This document shows positions 1 through 10,443 of a stretch of 64,000 nucleotides of DNA, piece by piece (position 1 is the first letter of the stretch; every line of letters begins with the position of its first letter). Source of the stretch: an uncultured bacterium (GTDB lineage: Bacteria; Krumholzibacteriota; Krumholzibacteriia; Krumholzibacteriales; Krumholzibacteriaceae); the NCBI GenBank assembly GCA_963786935.1, contig CAWBAN010000001.1:1056001-1120000 (forward strand), written 5' to 3'. The notes beneath the pieces were generated by a model. The model was not told the origin of the DNA, ran no database searches, and worked only from the letters and a program-made list of their open reading frames with translations. The position numbers and the translations under genes are program-made.

Positions 1-2185
1 CGAGCTCGAGCGCTTCCGCCTTCTCGAGCCCGCGGATGCTGAGCTCGCTCGGCACGGTTTCGGGCGTTTCCATCGTCCATGAAACCTTCCGCCCGGCGCG
101 GCCCCGATCCTTCGCGCTCGCGCCCCGGAGGTCGCCCACGTTCGTTTCGACGCGCAGCCCCCCCTCGAGCTCGAGGAACGCGCGGGACGCGTCGAGGGAG
201 ACGATGCGCCCCTCCTTGCCGAGGCTCGCGATCTCGGCCCACATGCCCGGACGGAGCTCCTCGGGGCGCGCGGGCGGCGCGCCTTTTTTCGCCTTCGGCT
301 TCTTCTGGAACCGGACCCGCTTCTCCTCGACGCGCGCGTGCCCTTCGCGGATGGCGCCGCTCGCGGCATGCGTCGTCTTTATCTCGCGGATGATATTCTC
401 CATGTCGCGCCGCGTCGACGAAACGATCTCGAGCGCTTCCGAGCGCGCCTTCTCGACGAGCGCGTTGCGATCCTCCTTGAACCGGTCGAGCCGGTCATGA
501 TAGCTCGCGATGAGCTCCGAGAGCAGGCGCTCCTTCTCGACGAGCTCCCGCCGCTTCTCGGCCACGATCCGCTCCGTCTTCTCGAGGTGCGCGAGCAGCT
601 CCTCGAGCCGCAGCGATTCGCTCGAGAGGCCCGCCGTCGCGCGCTCGATGACGTCCCGCGGGAGCCCCATGCGCCCCGCCATCTCGATGCCCCAGCTCCG
701 CCCCGGCACGCCCATCCGGAGCGCGAAGAGCGGCTCGAGACGGTCGGGATCGAACTCGAGCGTCGCATTCCGCGCTCCCGGCGCGCCGTGGGCCCACGCC
801 TTGAGCGCCTTCAGGTGCGTCGTCACGATGACGCGGCCGCACGAGCGCACGAGTCGCTCGAGCACGGCCGTGGCGATCGCCGCGCCTTCCTCGGGATCGG
901 TCCCGTCTCCGATCTCGTCGATAAGCACGAGCGACCGGTCGCTCGAGCGCTCGAGGATGAGCTTGAGCCGCGCGACGCGGGACGAGAAGGTGCTCAACGA
1001 TTTCTCGATCGACTGGTCGTCCCCGATGTCGACGAAGACCTCGTCGTGGAAGGGCATCGCCGTGCCGTGATCGCAGGGGACGAGGAGCCCCGATCGATCC
1101 ATGAGCGCGAGGAGCCCGACCGTTTTGAGCGCGATCGTCTTGCCGCCGGCGTTCGGGCCGGAGATGACGAGCGCCTTGAGACCGGCCTCACACTCGAGAT
1201 CGAGCGGGGTGACCGAGCGCAGCGCCCCTTCGTCAGCGAAACGCTTCTCGAGCAGGGGATGGCGTGCGCCGCGCAGCGCGAGCCGTCCGTCGGCGCCGTG
1301 CTCCGGCATGACGCACCGGAAGCGCCGGGCGAACTGCGCACGCGCCGAAACAAGGTCGAACGAGAGGAGCAGATCCTGGTTGCCGAGAAGCGCTTCCTTC
1401 CGCCGTACGACGTCCGACGAAAGATCGAGGAGAATCCGCGTGATTTCGTCCCGCTCGTCCTGCAGCATCGATTCGAGCCGGTTATTCTCGTCGACGAACT
1501 CGAGCGGCTCGACGTAGAGCGACGCGCCGCTTCCGCTCGTCTGGTGCACGATTCCTTTGAGGTGCCTCGCCTCGCCGCGGGGGAGCGAGACGACGTACCG
1601 CTCGCCGCGGATGGTCACGAACTCGTACCCCTTCTCCCCGCCGATGCGGTCCGCGAAATCGGACACGGACCGGCGCAGCCTGTTCCTGAGGGTTCCGAGC
1701 TCCTTCCGCAGCTTCGCGAGCTGCGCGCTCGCGCGGTCGAGGACCTCGTGATCGGGACCGATCGCCCGGGCGACGCGTTCCACGAATTCGTTTTGGATCG
1801 AGAGCGTTCCACCCCGCGGCGACAGGAGCGGGAGCTCGTCCTCGTGCCGTTTCAGGAACCGGCCCAGCTCCGCCGCTCTCGACTCGCCGAGCGCGATGAT
1901 CGCGAGCTCCTCCCCCGTGAAGATATGCCCGTCGGCTTTCGCCGCGCTCGCGAGCGCGTGGCTGTCGCGCCAGCCTCCGAGCGGCAGGCTCTCGCCGCGA
2001 TCCATGAGCCTCATGAGCTCGACGGTTTCCTCCTGCAGCCGCGCCGCTTCGACGGGGGAGCCGGCCGGGCGGCACGCCCGCAACGTCTCCCGCGCGCGGT
2101 CGCTCGCGGCGAAACCGGCGACGATATCGAGGACCGCCCCGAACTCGAGTTTGTCGGCGGTATGGGTAAAATCTCCGCTCACCAC
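1..2185 (-). CDS. mutS2: Endonuclease MutS2 (3' part runs off the window edge)
   Basis: Not in the ORF track. Manual minus-strand translation from GTG at 2185 gives 'DKLEFGAVL', Walker A 'VISGPNAGGKT' (~1140-1170), 'FVDIGDDQSIEKSLSTFSS', 'LIDEIGDGTD' and 'VTTH'. Confidence 0.92.
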   Translation of the reverse strand, partial: MVSGDFTHTADKLEFGAVLDIVAGFAASDRARETLRACRPAGSPVEAARLQEETVELMRLMDRGESLPLGGWRDSHALASAAKADGHIFTGEELAIIALGESRAAELGRFLKRHEDELPLLSPRGGTLSIQNEFVERVARAIGPDHEVLDRASAQLAKLRKELGTLRNRLRRSVSDFADRIGGEKGYEFVTIRGERYVVSLPRGEARHLKGIVHQTSGSGASLYVEPLEFVDENNRLESMLQDERDEITRILLDLSSDVVRRKEALLGNQDLLLSFDLVSARAQFARRFRCVMPEHGADGRLALRGARHPLLEKRFADEGALRSVTPLDLECEAGLKALVISGPNAGGKTIALKTVGLLALMDRSGLLVPCDHGTAMPFHDEVFVDIGDDQSIEKSLSTFSSRVARLKLILERSSDRSLVLIDEIGDGTDPEEGAAIATAVLERLVRSCGRVIVTTHLKALKAWAHGAPGARNATLEFDPDRLEPLFALRMGVPGRSWGIEMAGRMGLPRDVIERATAGLSSESLRLEELLAHLEKTERIVAEKRRELVEKERLLSELIASYHDRLDRFKEDRNALVEKARSEALEIVSSTRRDMENIIREIKTTHAASGAIREGHARVEEKRVRFQKKPKAKKGAPPARPEELRPGMWAEIASLGKEGRIVSLDASRAFLELEGGLRVETNVGDLRGASAKDRGRAGRKVSWTMETPETVPSELSIRGLEKAEALEL

Positions 2186-2243
2186 AAGGTTCCCCCCGGT
2201 GCCGTTCCGTGTATCCGTGCAGCTCTATATACGCGGGGCGCGT

Positions 2244-2789
2244 TCAAAGAGTTCCCTGAGGCGGCTCCGCGCGCACGAAGTCGCTCGTATCGATGGGTAG
2301 GGATGAACGCTTCATGAAAAAGTTGTACACGCGCGGCAGGACGGGATGCATCGCCGCCGCGACCCGATTCGCCTTGATCCGTCCCGTCAGACCGCTCGGG
2401 GCGGGGATGCTGAAGAGCAGCACGCAGACGAGGCTCACGAAGAGAACGCCCTTCACGACGCCGAAGAGCGCGCCGCCGATCCGGTCGACGGGGCCGAGGA
2501 TCGAGACGCTCACGATCTTCTGGAGGAGGAGGCCGAGCAGATGAAACACGATCGCGATGGCGACGAAAACGACCGCTGAGAAAAAGAAGCGGACGATGGG
2601 GTAGGAAATCCTCGTCGATCCCTCGAACCGGTGCGCGAATGCGTGGCCGAGGTAATAGGCGCCGATGAACGCCGCGACGAGCCCCACGATCTCGAGCAGC
2701 TGGCGCACGAGCCCCCGCCGGATTCCGTCGATGAAGAAGAAGATGACGATGAGCCCGATGACGATCGTGATAATGGTGTCCATGCCCAT
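2244..2789 (-). CDS. cvpA: CvpA (colicin V production) family membrane protein
   Basis: 'DGIRRGLVRQ' and 'DRIGGALFGVVKG' motifs, several TM segments, typical position next to mutS2. Confidence 0.85.
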   Translation of the reverse strand: MGMDTIITIVIGLIVIFFFIDGIRRGLVRQLLEIVGLVAAFIGAYYLGHAFAHRFEGSTRISYPIVRFFFSAVVFVAIAIVFHLLGLLLQKIVSVSILGPVDRIGGALFGVVKGVLFVSLVCVLLFSIPAPSGLTGRIKANRVAAAMHPVLPRVYNFFMKRSSLPIDTSDFVRAEPPQGTL

Positions 2790-2791
2790 GC

Positions 2792-3250
2792 TCAAGCCTT
2801 TCCGAGAAGCTCGGAAACGACGCGGTTGACCGCGGCGCCGTCCACCTTCCCCTTGAAGCGCTTCATCATTTCCCCCATGACCCGGCCCATGTCACGCGGC
2901 GTCGACGCGCCGATATCGGCAATGATGCGCGCCGCCTCTCTGCGGATGTCCTCGTCGCTCATCTGCTCGGGCAGATAGGACATGACGATGGCGAGCTCCA
3001 AGCTCTCCTTCGCGACGAGATCCGCCCGCGCCGCCTTTTTGAACTCCTCGATCGACTCCTTGATCCTGCGCGCGTAGCTGGCGATGACGGCGAGCTCCTT
3101 CTCGTCGGAAAGCTCCTCACGCTCCTCGAGCTCGGCGTTTCTGAGCGCATTCAGGATCATGCGCAAAACGCCGATGCGCGGCTTGTCCTGGGCCTTCACG
3201 GCGATCCTGAGATCTTCCTGGATCTTCTGGGCAATGACGTTGCCGGTCAT
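2792..3250 (-). CDS. GatB/YqeY domain protein
   Basis: 'ESIEEFKKAARADL...YLPEQMS...RDMGRVMG...GKVDG'; ATG at 3250 follows a purine-rich SD. Confidence 0.9.
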   Translation of the reverse strand: MTGNVIAQKIQEDLRIAVKAQDKPRIGVLRMILNALRNAELEEREELSDEKELAVIASYARRIKESIEEFKKAARADLVAKESLELAIVMSYLPEQMSDEDIRREAARIIADIGASTPRDMGRVMGEMMKRFKGKVDGAAVNRVVSELLGKA

Positions 3251-3295
3251 CGAGGCCCCCCTCTCGATCAGATCTGCTTGAATCCCCTTGTCCGG

Positions 3296-3325
3296 AGTAT
3301 ACGGGCGGCGGGGGCGCATTGTCAA
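3296..3325 (-). promoter_or_regulatory. sigma70-type promoter for yqeY-cvpA
   Basis: TTGACA-N18-TATACT on the minus strand. Confidence 0.55.
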
Positions 3326-3346
3326 GCCGGGCGGCCCGCCCGCGGC

Positions 3347-4153
3347 TCAGCCCGGTTCCCCGCGCCCGCTCATGAGGCGGTACGCGAGGCAGATCGCGGC
3401 GGTTTCGGCCCGGAGCCTGAACGGCCCGAGCGAGAGCGGCCGCGCGCCGCGCGCGACGAGGCGCTCCAGCTCGTCGGGACTCAAACCTCCCTCGGGGCCC
3501 ACGATGCCGAGAACGGGCCCGCTCGCCGTCTCACCGGCGCCCGAATCGGGGGACGCCGCGTGCTGATCGGCCACGACGGCCCCGGCGTAGGCGGCGATCC
3601 GGTCGAGGAGCGAATCGAAGCTCTCGATCCCTTCGATCGAGGGGATGTACGAACGGCCCGACTGCTTGCACGAAGCAATGATCTTGCGGCGGATCCGCTC
3701 GACCTTGACCTCCGCCTCGCCCCCCCCGCCCCTCCACACGCTCCGCTCGGCCCTGAAGGGGATGAGCCGGCGGATGCCGAGCTCCGTGCATTTCTCGACG
3801 GCGACGTCGAAGCGGGGCGCCTTGATGATGCCGATCGCGATATCGACCGGGGGAGGCTCGGGAGCCTTCGTGAACGACAGGACCTCGAGAACCGCCTCGC
3901 GGGCGGCGATGCGCTTCAGGCGCGCCTCGTACGTCCCGCCGCGGCCGTCGACGAGCTTCACGACGTCGCCGACCCGCGTCCGCGAGACGTCGACGCAATG
4001 ATGAAACTCGGGGCCGCGGAGAACGATCGCGCCCTCGCGCTCGGCTCCGGGGGATACGAGAAAGAACCGGTCGCTCGCGCTACGACTGGATCTTCGAGCC
4101 GATTGCCGGGGGCTTTTCCCTGATCTTCTTCTCGAGTCCCTCAAAGACTTCAC
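3347..4153 (-). CDS. rsmE: 16S rRNA m3U1498 methyltransferase RsmE (start uncertain)
   Basis: 'EKCTELGI', 'SCKQSGR', 'VGPEGGLS', '[12 protein letters not shown]'; directly downstream of dnaJ. Confidence 0.9.
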   Translation of the reverse strand: MKSLRDSRRRSGKSPRQSARRSSRSASDRFFLVSPGAEREGAIVLRGPEFHHCVDVSRTRVGDVVKLVDGRGGTYEARLKRIAAREAVLEVLSFTKAPEPPPVDIAIGIIKAPRFDVAVEKCTELGIRRLIPFRAERSVWRGGGGEAEVKVERIRRKIIASCKQSGRSYIPSIEGIESFDSLLDRIAAYAGAVVADQHAASPDSGAGETASGPVLGIVGPEGGLSPDELERLVARGARPLSLGPFRLRAETAAICLAYRLMSGRGEPG

Positions 4154-5213
4154 GCTCTTCTTTGGAGAGATTCCGCGGAGTGAACGCGACGAGGCGGACG
4201 AGCTGATCCCCCCTGCCGTATGAATTGAGATGTGGAATTCCCTTCCCCTTGAGGCGGAGCACCTTATGCGATTGCGTGCCGGCGGGCACCTTGATCGCGG
4301 CGGTGCCGTCGAGCGTCGGGATCTCGATGCGGGCGCCGAGCGCGAGCTGCGCGAAGCTCACGGGCAGATCGCACGCGATATCGTACCCGTGGCGATCGAA
4401 CACCGGATCCGCGAGCTCTTCGATCAGGATGATGAGATCGCCCGCGGGCCCGCCCCGCGTCCCCGCGTCCCCCTGCCCCTCGAGCCTGATGTAGTTCCCC
4501 GTCGCCACTCCCGCCGGAATCTTGACCTCGACGTTCTTGCTTCCCTCGACGGCCGCGGCTCCGCCGCACGCCGGGCACGGATCGGTGATGATCGATCCCT
4601 CGCCGCCGCACTCCGGACACGCCTGGATGTTGACGAACTGCCCGAAGAGCGACCGCGACATCTGCCGCAGCTCTCCCGTCCCGCGGCACGTCGAGCATGT
4701 CTGCTTCGACGCGCCCTCCTTCGTGCCCTTGCCCTTGCACCGGGCGCAGGGCACCATCCTCGTCACCTTTATCTTCTTGGTGACGCCCGTCGCGATTTCC
4801 TGCAGGGTGAGCTGGAGACGCACCTGGAGATCGTTGCCGCGCCCGGCCGACCGGTCCCGCCTCCGGCCGCCTCCGCCGCCGAAGACGTCGTCGAACCCGA
4901 AGCCGCCGAAATCGCGCATGAACGCCCGCAGCGCGTCGCTCAGATCGAAGCCCTGCGAGAAGCCCTCGTAGCCCTGTGGTCCGGCTCCCGGAGCGCCCCG
5001 ATGCCCGAACTGGTCGTAGCGCGCGCGCTGGTCCTTATCGCGGAGAACCTCGTACGCTTCGGTCGCTTCCTTGAATTTTTCCTCGGCGTCCTTGTTCCCC
5101 GGATTGCGGTCGGGATGATATTTCAGGGCGAGCTGCCGGTAGGCTTTCTTGACCTCGTCAACGGTCGCATGGCGATCGACGCCGAGGACCTCGTAGAAAT
5201 CCCTCTTTTCCAT
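4080..5213 (-). CDS. dnaJ: Chaperone DnaJ
   Basis: J domain with HPD, G/F-rich region, CxxCxGxG zinc-finger repeats. Confidence 0.97.
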   Translation of the reverse strand: MEKRDFYEVLGVDRHATVDEVKKAYRQLALKYHPDRNPGNKDAEEKFKEATEAYEVLRDKDQRARYDQFGHRGAPGAGPQGYEGFSQGFDLSDALRAFMRDFGGFGFDDVFGGGGGRRRDRSAGRGNDLQVRLQLTLQEIATGVTKKIKVTRMVPCARCKGKGTKEGASKQTCSTCRGTGELRQMSRSLFGQFVNIQACPECGGEGSIITDPCPACGGAAAVEGSKNVEVKIPAGVATGNYIRLEGQGDAGTRGGPAGDLIILIEELADPVFDRHGYDIACDLPVSFAQLALGARIEIPTLDGTAAIKVPAGTQSHKVLRLKGKGIPHLNSYGRGDQLVRLVAFTPRNLSKEEREVFEGLEKKIREKPPAIGSKIQS

Positions 5214-5259
5214 TCCTCCCCAAACTCACCGTTCACTGAACCGAAGGAGCGACGGGCCG

Positions 5260-7092
5260 CTAGGCCCCGCCCGAGTAATCCGTTTTGGCGCTCGCATTAT
5301 ACATGAGTTCGGCGATGCGATACACGGCAATCGAAAGGCGCTCGATCGCCTTTTTCGTCTCGTCGATGTCGGCGCTCGGGTTCGCGACGAGCTCCTTGAG
5401 CGTCGCGAGCGCGTCGCCGATCGTTTCACGCTCGGCCTGCGAGACGCTGTCGCCGTGATCGCGCACCGTCTGCTCCGCCGAGTAGATGAGCACCTCCGCG
5501 TCGTTGCGCACCTTGACGGCGCTCCGCTTCAACTCGTCGTCCACGGCGTGATCCTCCGCGTCCCGCACCATGCGGTCGATCTCCTCGTGGTTCAGGCCGC
5601 TCGAGACCTTGATCTGTATCTTCTGCTCCTTCCCCGTGCCGAGATCCTTCGCCGACACGTGGACGATGCCGTTCGCGTCGATGTCGAAGCTGACCTCGAT
5701 CTGGGGAACGCCCCGCGGGGCCGTCGGGATACCCACGAGGTCGAAGCGCGCGAGCGTCCGGTTGTCCCTCGCGAGCTCCCGCTCTCCCTGCACCACGTGG
5801 ATGCTTACGGCGGGCTGGTTGTCCGTCGCCGTGGAGAATATCTGGCCCTGCCGGCACGGGATCGCCGTGTTGCGGTCGATGAGCTTCGTCATGAGGCCGC
5901 CGAGCGTCTCGATCCCGAGCGAGAGCGGGGTCACGTCGAGCAGCAGGAGCTCGTCGACCTGTCCCGACAGCACGCCCGCCTGGATCGCGGCGCCCATCGC
6001 GACGACCTCGTCCGGATTGACCCCCTTGTTCGGCTCCTTCTTGAAGAATTCCTTCACGAATTTACGCACGGCCGGAATCCGCGTTGAGCCGCCGACGAGA
6101 ATGACCTCGTCGATCTGGTCGACCGGGAGGTTCGCGTCCTGCAGGGCCTGGCGGCACGGATCGAGTGTCTTCTGGATGAGCGGATGAACGAGCTTCTCGA
6201 ACGTTGCGCGCGTGAGCACCATGTCGAGGTGCTTCGGGCCGGCGCTGTCGGCATGCAGGAACGGCAGGTTGATGTTCGTCTCGAAGACGGTCGAAAGCTC
6301 GCATTTCGCCTTTTCGGCGGCCTCCCGGATGCGCTGCATCGCCATGCGGTCGTTCGAGAGATCGATGCCGGTCTCCTGCTTGAAATCCTGGACGATCCAG
6401 TCCTGTATCACCCGGTCGAAGTCGTCGCCGCCGAGCATCGTGTCGCCGCTCGTCGACTTCACCTGGTAGATCCCGTCCGAGAGCTCGAGGATGGATATGT
6501 CGAACGTGCCGCCGCCGAGATCGTAGACGGCGATCTTGCCGGAGCGCTTCTTCTCGAGCCCGTACGCGAGCGCGGCCGCCGTCGGCTCGTTGACGATGCG
6601 CAGGACCTCGAGCCCGGCGATCGTGCCGGCATCCTTCGTGGCCTGGCGCTGCGCGTCGTTGAAATACGCGGGCACCGTGATGACGGCCTGCTTCACCTCT
6701 TCGCCGAGGAACTCGTCCGCGAACTGTTTGAGCGCCCGGAGAATCATCGCCGAAATCTCGGGCGGCTGATAGCTCTTGTCCTTGAGCTGAACCAGGATCT
6801 CGTCGTTCTTACCCTGCGTGACGCTATAGGAGACGTGCCCGATCTCTTCCTTGGCCTCCGAGAATCGCCGGCCCATAAAGCGCTTGATCGAGTAGACCGT
6901 GTTGTCGGGATTGGTGACGGCCTGGCGTTTGGCGAGATGGCCGACGAGCCGCTCGTTGTTCTTCGCCACCGCCACCACGGAAGGAGTCGTCCGGCTCCCT
7001 TCAGAATTTGCAATGATCACCGGCTCGTTGCCTTCGATCACCGCGACACACGAGTATGTCGTCCCCAGATCGATCCCGATTACCTTGCCCAT
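5260..7092 (-). CDS. dnaK: Chaperone DnaK
   Basis: 'GIDLGTT', 'TVPAYFND', 'DLGGGTFD', '[13 protein letters not shown]'. Confidence 0.97.
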   Translation of the reverse strand: MGKVIGIDLGTTYSCVAVIEGNEPVIIANSEGSRTTPSVVAVAKNNERLVGHLAKRQAVTNPDNTVYSIKRFMGRRFSEAKEEIGHVSYSVTQGKNDEILVQLKDKSYQPPEISAMILRALKQFADEFLGEEVKQAVITVPAYFNDAQRQATKDAGTIAGLEVLRIVNEPTAAALAYGLEKKRSGKIAVYDLGGGTFDISILELSDGIYQVKSTSGDTMLGGDDFDRVIQDWIVQDFKQETGIDLSNDRMAMQRIREAAEKAKCELSTVFETNINLPFLHADSAGPKHLDMVLTRATFEKLVHPLIQKTLDPCRQALQDANLPVDQIDEVILVGGSTRIPAVRKFVKEFFKKEPNKGVNPDEVVAMGAAIQAGVLSGQVDELLLLDVTPLSLGIETLGGLMTKLIDRNTAIPCRQGQIFSTATDNQPAVSIHVVQGERELARDNRTLARFDLVGIPTAPRGVPQIEVSFDIDANGIVHVSAKDLGTGKEQKIQIKVSSGLNHEEIDRMVRDAEDHAVDDELKRSAVKVRNDAEVLIYSAEQTVRDHGDSVSQAERETIGDALATLKELVANPSADIDETKKAIERLSIAVYRIAELMYNASAKTDYSGGA

Positions 7093-7133
7093 GGATGGTT
7101 CCTTTCCGATTGAGATATCCGTTTCCGAGCCGG

Positions 7134-7889
7134 TTATTTCTTTTTCTTCGACACGAGCACGCGCGCGGGCCTGAGAACCTGATCGTGCAGCGTGTAGCCC
7201 CGCTGCATCACCTGCGCCACGCGTCCTTCCTCGAAGTCGCTTGCGATCTCACCGACCGCTTCGTGATACCGGGCATCGAAATTTTGCCCCTGGGCCTCGA
7301 TCTCCTTCAATCCGGCCTTGGTGAGAATATCCATCAGACCGGAATGGATGAGCCTGATCCCCTCCTGGATCCGATCCTCCGCGCCTCCCAGATTGGCAAA
7401 CGCGCGATCGAAATTGTCGATACCCCAAATAATCTCCTTGATGAGATCGGCGTTCGCAGTCTTTCTAAGCAATTCCTGTTCCCCGCGTGTCCGCTTCTTG
7501 TAATTCTCGAACTCGGCCGCAAGCCGAAGAAGCCTATCTTCTTTTTTGGCAATATCTTGCTTGGCATTCTTGAGCAGCTTGTCGAGCTCCATGAGCATCG
7601 CGTTCTTGCGATCGATCAGATCGAGCAACTCCTTGCGCTTGGACCTCTTGAAACGTTTATGCACGCTCTCCTGCTCGAGCGGCTGATCGGGTTTCTCGAC
7701 GCCCTCGCTCCCGGCACCCGCGCCGGCATCCCCTTCGGCCGGCGACACCGGCTGCGGCCGGTCGCTCTCGGGCTCCGGCTCGTTCGGTTCTCCCGCGGAC
7801 GGCTCCGCGCCGGCGCGTTCCGGGGATCCGGAAGCCGCCTCGCCCTCGTCGCCTTCCCGGTCGATATCCCACTCCCGTTCAGATGCCAA
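7134..7889 (-). CDS. grpE: Nucleotide exchange factor GrpE
   Basis: '[13 protein letters not shown]', 'FDARYHEA', '[16 protein letters not shown]'; acidic N-terminal extension. Confidence 0.95.
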   Translation of the reverse strand: MASEREWDIDREGDEGEAASGSPERAGAEPSAGEPNEPEPESDRPQPVSPAEGDAGAGAGSEGVEKPDQPLEQESVHKRFKRSKRKELLDLIDRKNAMLMELDKLLKNAKQDIAKKEDRLLRLAAEFENYKKRTRGEQELLRKTANADLIKEIIWGIDNFDRAFANLGGAEDRIQEGIRLIHSGLMDILTKAGLKEIEAQGQNFDARYHEAVGEIASDFEEGRVAQVMQRGYTLHDQVLRPARVLVSKKKK

Positions 7890-7914
7890 CGTTCACTCCT
7901 CCTCGCCGCTTCGA

Positions 7915-8949
7915 TCAATCCTCGCTGATATGGATATGCTGCAGCTCCTCGGCCGTCCGATCGAGGAGGGCAAGGACCAGCCCGTATGTCATGCGCGTCG
8001 GACCGAGCACCCCGAGGAGCCCGTCGCATTCCGCCGCCTGGAACCGCCGCGTTACGATCGCGAACGGCTCGAGCTCCCGAAGCCTGTTCTCTTTGCCGAT
8101 CGTGATGGAGATATCGGCGTCGAGCCTGCTCTTGAGCGCGTTCAGCATCAGGCTCCGCTCGCCCATGAGACGAACGAGACTCTGCAGGACGAGCGGGCTC
8201 TCGAGCTCCCGGTCGCCGGCCTTGTCCATGCCCCCGTAGTAGTACCGCAGGTCGTACGGCCAGTCGAACAGAAACTCGGCCTCCCGCGAAACCGCTCCCG
8301 CGATCTCGCGTTCCATGCCGGCCGTTTCCCGAAGAAACGCCTCGAGCCGTTCGGGGACGCTCTCGAGCGGGTGCCCCGCGATCCGCTCGTTGATCAGCTG
8401 CACCGCCCGGTCGACGATGACGGGCGGATAGTCCTTCGAGAACTCGACGTAGACCTTCCGCACGGCGTCCGGAAAGAGCGTCAGCACGACGAGTCCTCCG
8501 CGCGGCTGAAGCCGCACGATCTCGAGCCGCTCGACGACGCTCCGCGAATGCCTGATCCCCATCGACAGGCCCATATAGCTCGTCAGCTCGCCGAGGAGCT
8601 GCGACGTGATCGCCATGACGTCGCGGGCGTCCCTCCAGTCCTGCCCGACCCTTCTGCGAATCCGCTCGGCGAACGGCCGGCTCAGCACGGTCGCCCTCCC
8701 CATCTGGTCGACGTAGAGACGGTATCCCCGATCGCTCGGCACCCTGCCGGCGGATATGTGCGGTTTGAAGACGAGCCCGAGCTCCTCGAGCCGGTGAAGG
8801 ACGTTCCGTATGTGCGCGGTGCTTTCGGCGAGGCGGCAGCGCGACTTCAGCATCCGGGAGCTCACCGGTTCGCCGGTCGCCACGAAGCAGTCGACGACAT
8901 GCCGCAACATCCTTATTTCATCAGTAGTTATGATATTTGCTTCGGTCAT
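7915..8949 (-). CDS. hrcA: Heat-inducible transcription repressor HrcA
   Basis: 'TGEPVSS', 'PHISAGRVPSDRGYRLYVD', 'LGVLGPTRM'; first gene of the grpE-dnaK-dnaJ operon. Confidence 0.93.
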   Translation of the reverse strand: MTEANIITTDEIRMLRHVVDCFVATGEPVSSRMLKSRCRLAESTAHIRNVLHRLEELGLVFKPHISAGRVPSDRGYRLYVDQMGRATVLSRPFAERIRRRVGQDWRDARDVMAITSQLLGELTSYMGLSMGIRHSRSVVERLEIVRLQPRGGLVVLTLFPDAVRKVYVEFSKDYPPVIVDRAVQLINERIAGHPLESVPERLEAFLRETAGMEREIAGAVSREAEFLFDWPYDLRYYYGGMDKAGDRELESPLVLQSLVRLMGERSLMLNALKSRLDADISITIGKENRLRELEPFAIVTRRFQAAECDGLLGVLGPTRMTYGLVLALLDRTAEELQHIHISED

Positions 8950-8952
8950 TTC

Positions 8953-8979
8953 CTGGCACTCTCCATGCCTGACTGCCAC
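8953..8979 (-). promoter_or_regulatory. Degenerate CIRCE operator (HrcA site)
   Basis: GTGGCAGTC-N9-GAGTGCCAG versus consensus TTAGCACTC-N9-GAGTGCTAA, immediately upstream of the hrcA ATG. Confidence 0.85.
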
Positions 8980-8989
8980 CGTCTTCAAG

Positions 8990-9018
8990 AATGTAAGGAT
9001 TCCGGGCGGAATTGTCAA
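8990..9018 (-). promoter_or_regulatory. sigma70-type promoter of the hrcA operon
   Basis: TTGACA-N17-TACATT just upstream of the CIRCE. Confidence 0.75.
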
Positions 9019-9061
9019 GAAAGGGGTATGCAAGGGGAAAGCCAGATTTTCGAGCGCATCG

Positions 9062-9664
9062 TCAGCGGATGAGGTCGCCGATCCGTTTGAACCGGATCCA
9101 GTGCTTCTCGTAATCGAGCGACAGGTAGAGGAAGAGCGCCTTGCCTCTGAGGAGCTTCTTGTCGAGCGGCCCCCAGAAGCGGGAATCGTAGCTATGGTCC
9201 CGGTTATCGCCGAAGCAGATGATGCGCCCCGGAGGCACGAGGAATGGGCCGAAATCGCGCCCGCCGCCGAGATCGTACTTCGCGTAGCTCTCGGGCCGCT
9301 CGACCCCGTCGATGAACAGGTGCGTCCCCTTGAGCGCCACGGTCTGCCCCTCGACGGCGATGCAGCGCTTGATGAGGTCGGTCTTCCGATCCTCGGGGGA
9401 TTTGAAGATCACGATGTCCCCCGGTTTCGGATCGCGGATCTTCGGCAGGCTCCAGTCGGTGAACGGCACCTTCGCCCCGTAGATGAACTTGTTCGCGAAG
9501 AGAAAATCGCCGATGAGGAGCGTGTCCTTCATCGAACCCGACGGAATGTGATAGCTCTGGATGATGAGCGCGCGCACGACGAGCGCCAGGGCGAGCGCCG
9601 TCCCGACGACCTCGACGTACTCGCGCAGCTTCGATTTCTTTTTCGCGCCCGTGGCCGGATTCAT
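9062..9664 (-). CDS. lepB: Signal peptidase I (copy 2)
   Basis: 'IPSGSM' (Ser), 'LIKRC' (Lys), 'GDNRDHSYDSRFWG'. Confidence 0.95.
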   Translation of the reverse strand: MNPATGAKKKSKLREYVEVVGTALALALVVRALIIQSYHIPSGSMKDTLLIGDFLFANKFIYGAKVPFTDWSLPKIRDPKPGDIVIFKSPEDRKTDLIKRCIAVEGQTVALKGTHLFIDGVERPESYAKYDLGGGRDFGPFLVPPGRIICFGDNRDHSYDSRFWGPLDKKLLRGKALFLYLSLDYEKHWIRFKRIGDLIR

Positions 9665-9682
9665 CCGCGCTCCTGATGTGCG

Positions 9683-10294
9683 CTAGCGAATAAGGTCGCC
9701 GATTCTCGCGAACCGGACCCAATGCTTCTGGTAATCGAGAGAGAAATAGAGAAAGAGCGCCTTGCCCCGGAGGAGCTTCTTATCGAGCGGCCCCCAGTAC
9801 CGGGAATCGTAGCTGTTGTCCCGGTTGTCGCCGAGCACGAGAATGTGCCCCGGGGGCACGAGGAACGGGCCGAAGTCGCGCCGGGAAACGTCCCCGTAGA
9901 CGTACTTGGCGTAGCTCTCGGGCCGCTCCACCCCGTCGACGAACAGGTGCGTCCCCTTGAGCGCGACGGTCTGCCCCTCGACGGCGATACAGCGCTTGAT
10001 GTAGTCGGTCCTGCGGTCGCCGGGGAACTTGAAGATCACGATGTCGCCGGGTTTCGGATCGCGGATCTTCGGCAAACGCCAATCGATGAACGGCACCTTC
10101 GCCCCGTAGATGAACTTGTTCGCGAAGAGGAAGTCCCCCTTGAGGAGCGTGTCCTCCATCGATTCGGATGGGATATGGTAGCTCTGGATGATGAGCGCGC
10201 GAACGATGAGGGCGAGGACGACCGCCGTGACGACGATCTCGACGTACTCGCGCAGCTTCGATTTCTTCTTCGTGCCCTTCTCCTCCGGAACCAT
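9683..10294 (-). CDS. lepB: Signal peptidase I (copy 1)
   Basis: 'IPSESM', 'YIKRC', 'GDNRDNSYDSRYWG'; SD GGGAGG before the ATG at 10294. Confidence 0.95.
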   Translation of the reverse strand: MVPEEKGTKKKSKLREYVEIVVTAVVLALIVRALIIQSYHIPSESMEDTLLKGDFLFANKFIYGAKVPFIDWRLPKIRDPKPGDIVIFKFPGDRRTDYIKRCIAVEGQTVALKGTHLFVDGVERPESYAKYVYGDVSRRDFGPFLVPPGHILVLGDNRDNSYDSRYWGPLDKKLLRGKALFLYFSLDYQKHWVRFARIGDLIR

Positions 10295-10443
10295 CGGCAC
10301 CTCCCGCCGTCGCGTGCTCCGTATCTGGTCTTACGAAATAAACGATTCTTAGTTGCGGGGATTCTACCAGCTTTGCCGCGCCGCGCAAACGGACATTTTC
10401 GCGGCGCGCCGCGCTCGACGCCCGGGCGCGTTCCCCCCGTGCC

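Noticed and set aside
338..2317. Long plus-strand ORFs (659 aa here; also 12373-14931, 21307-23280, 41699-44284, 52607-55639, and minus 23487-26663)
   Set aside because: These are antisense shadows of real genes in GC-rich DNA, with no recognisable motifs.
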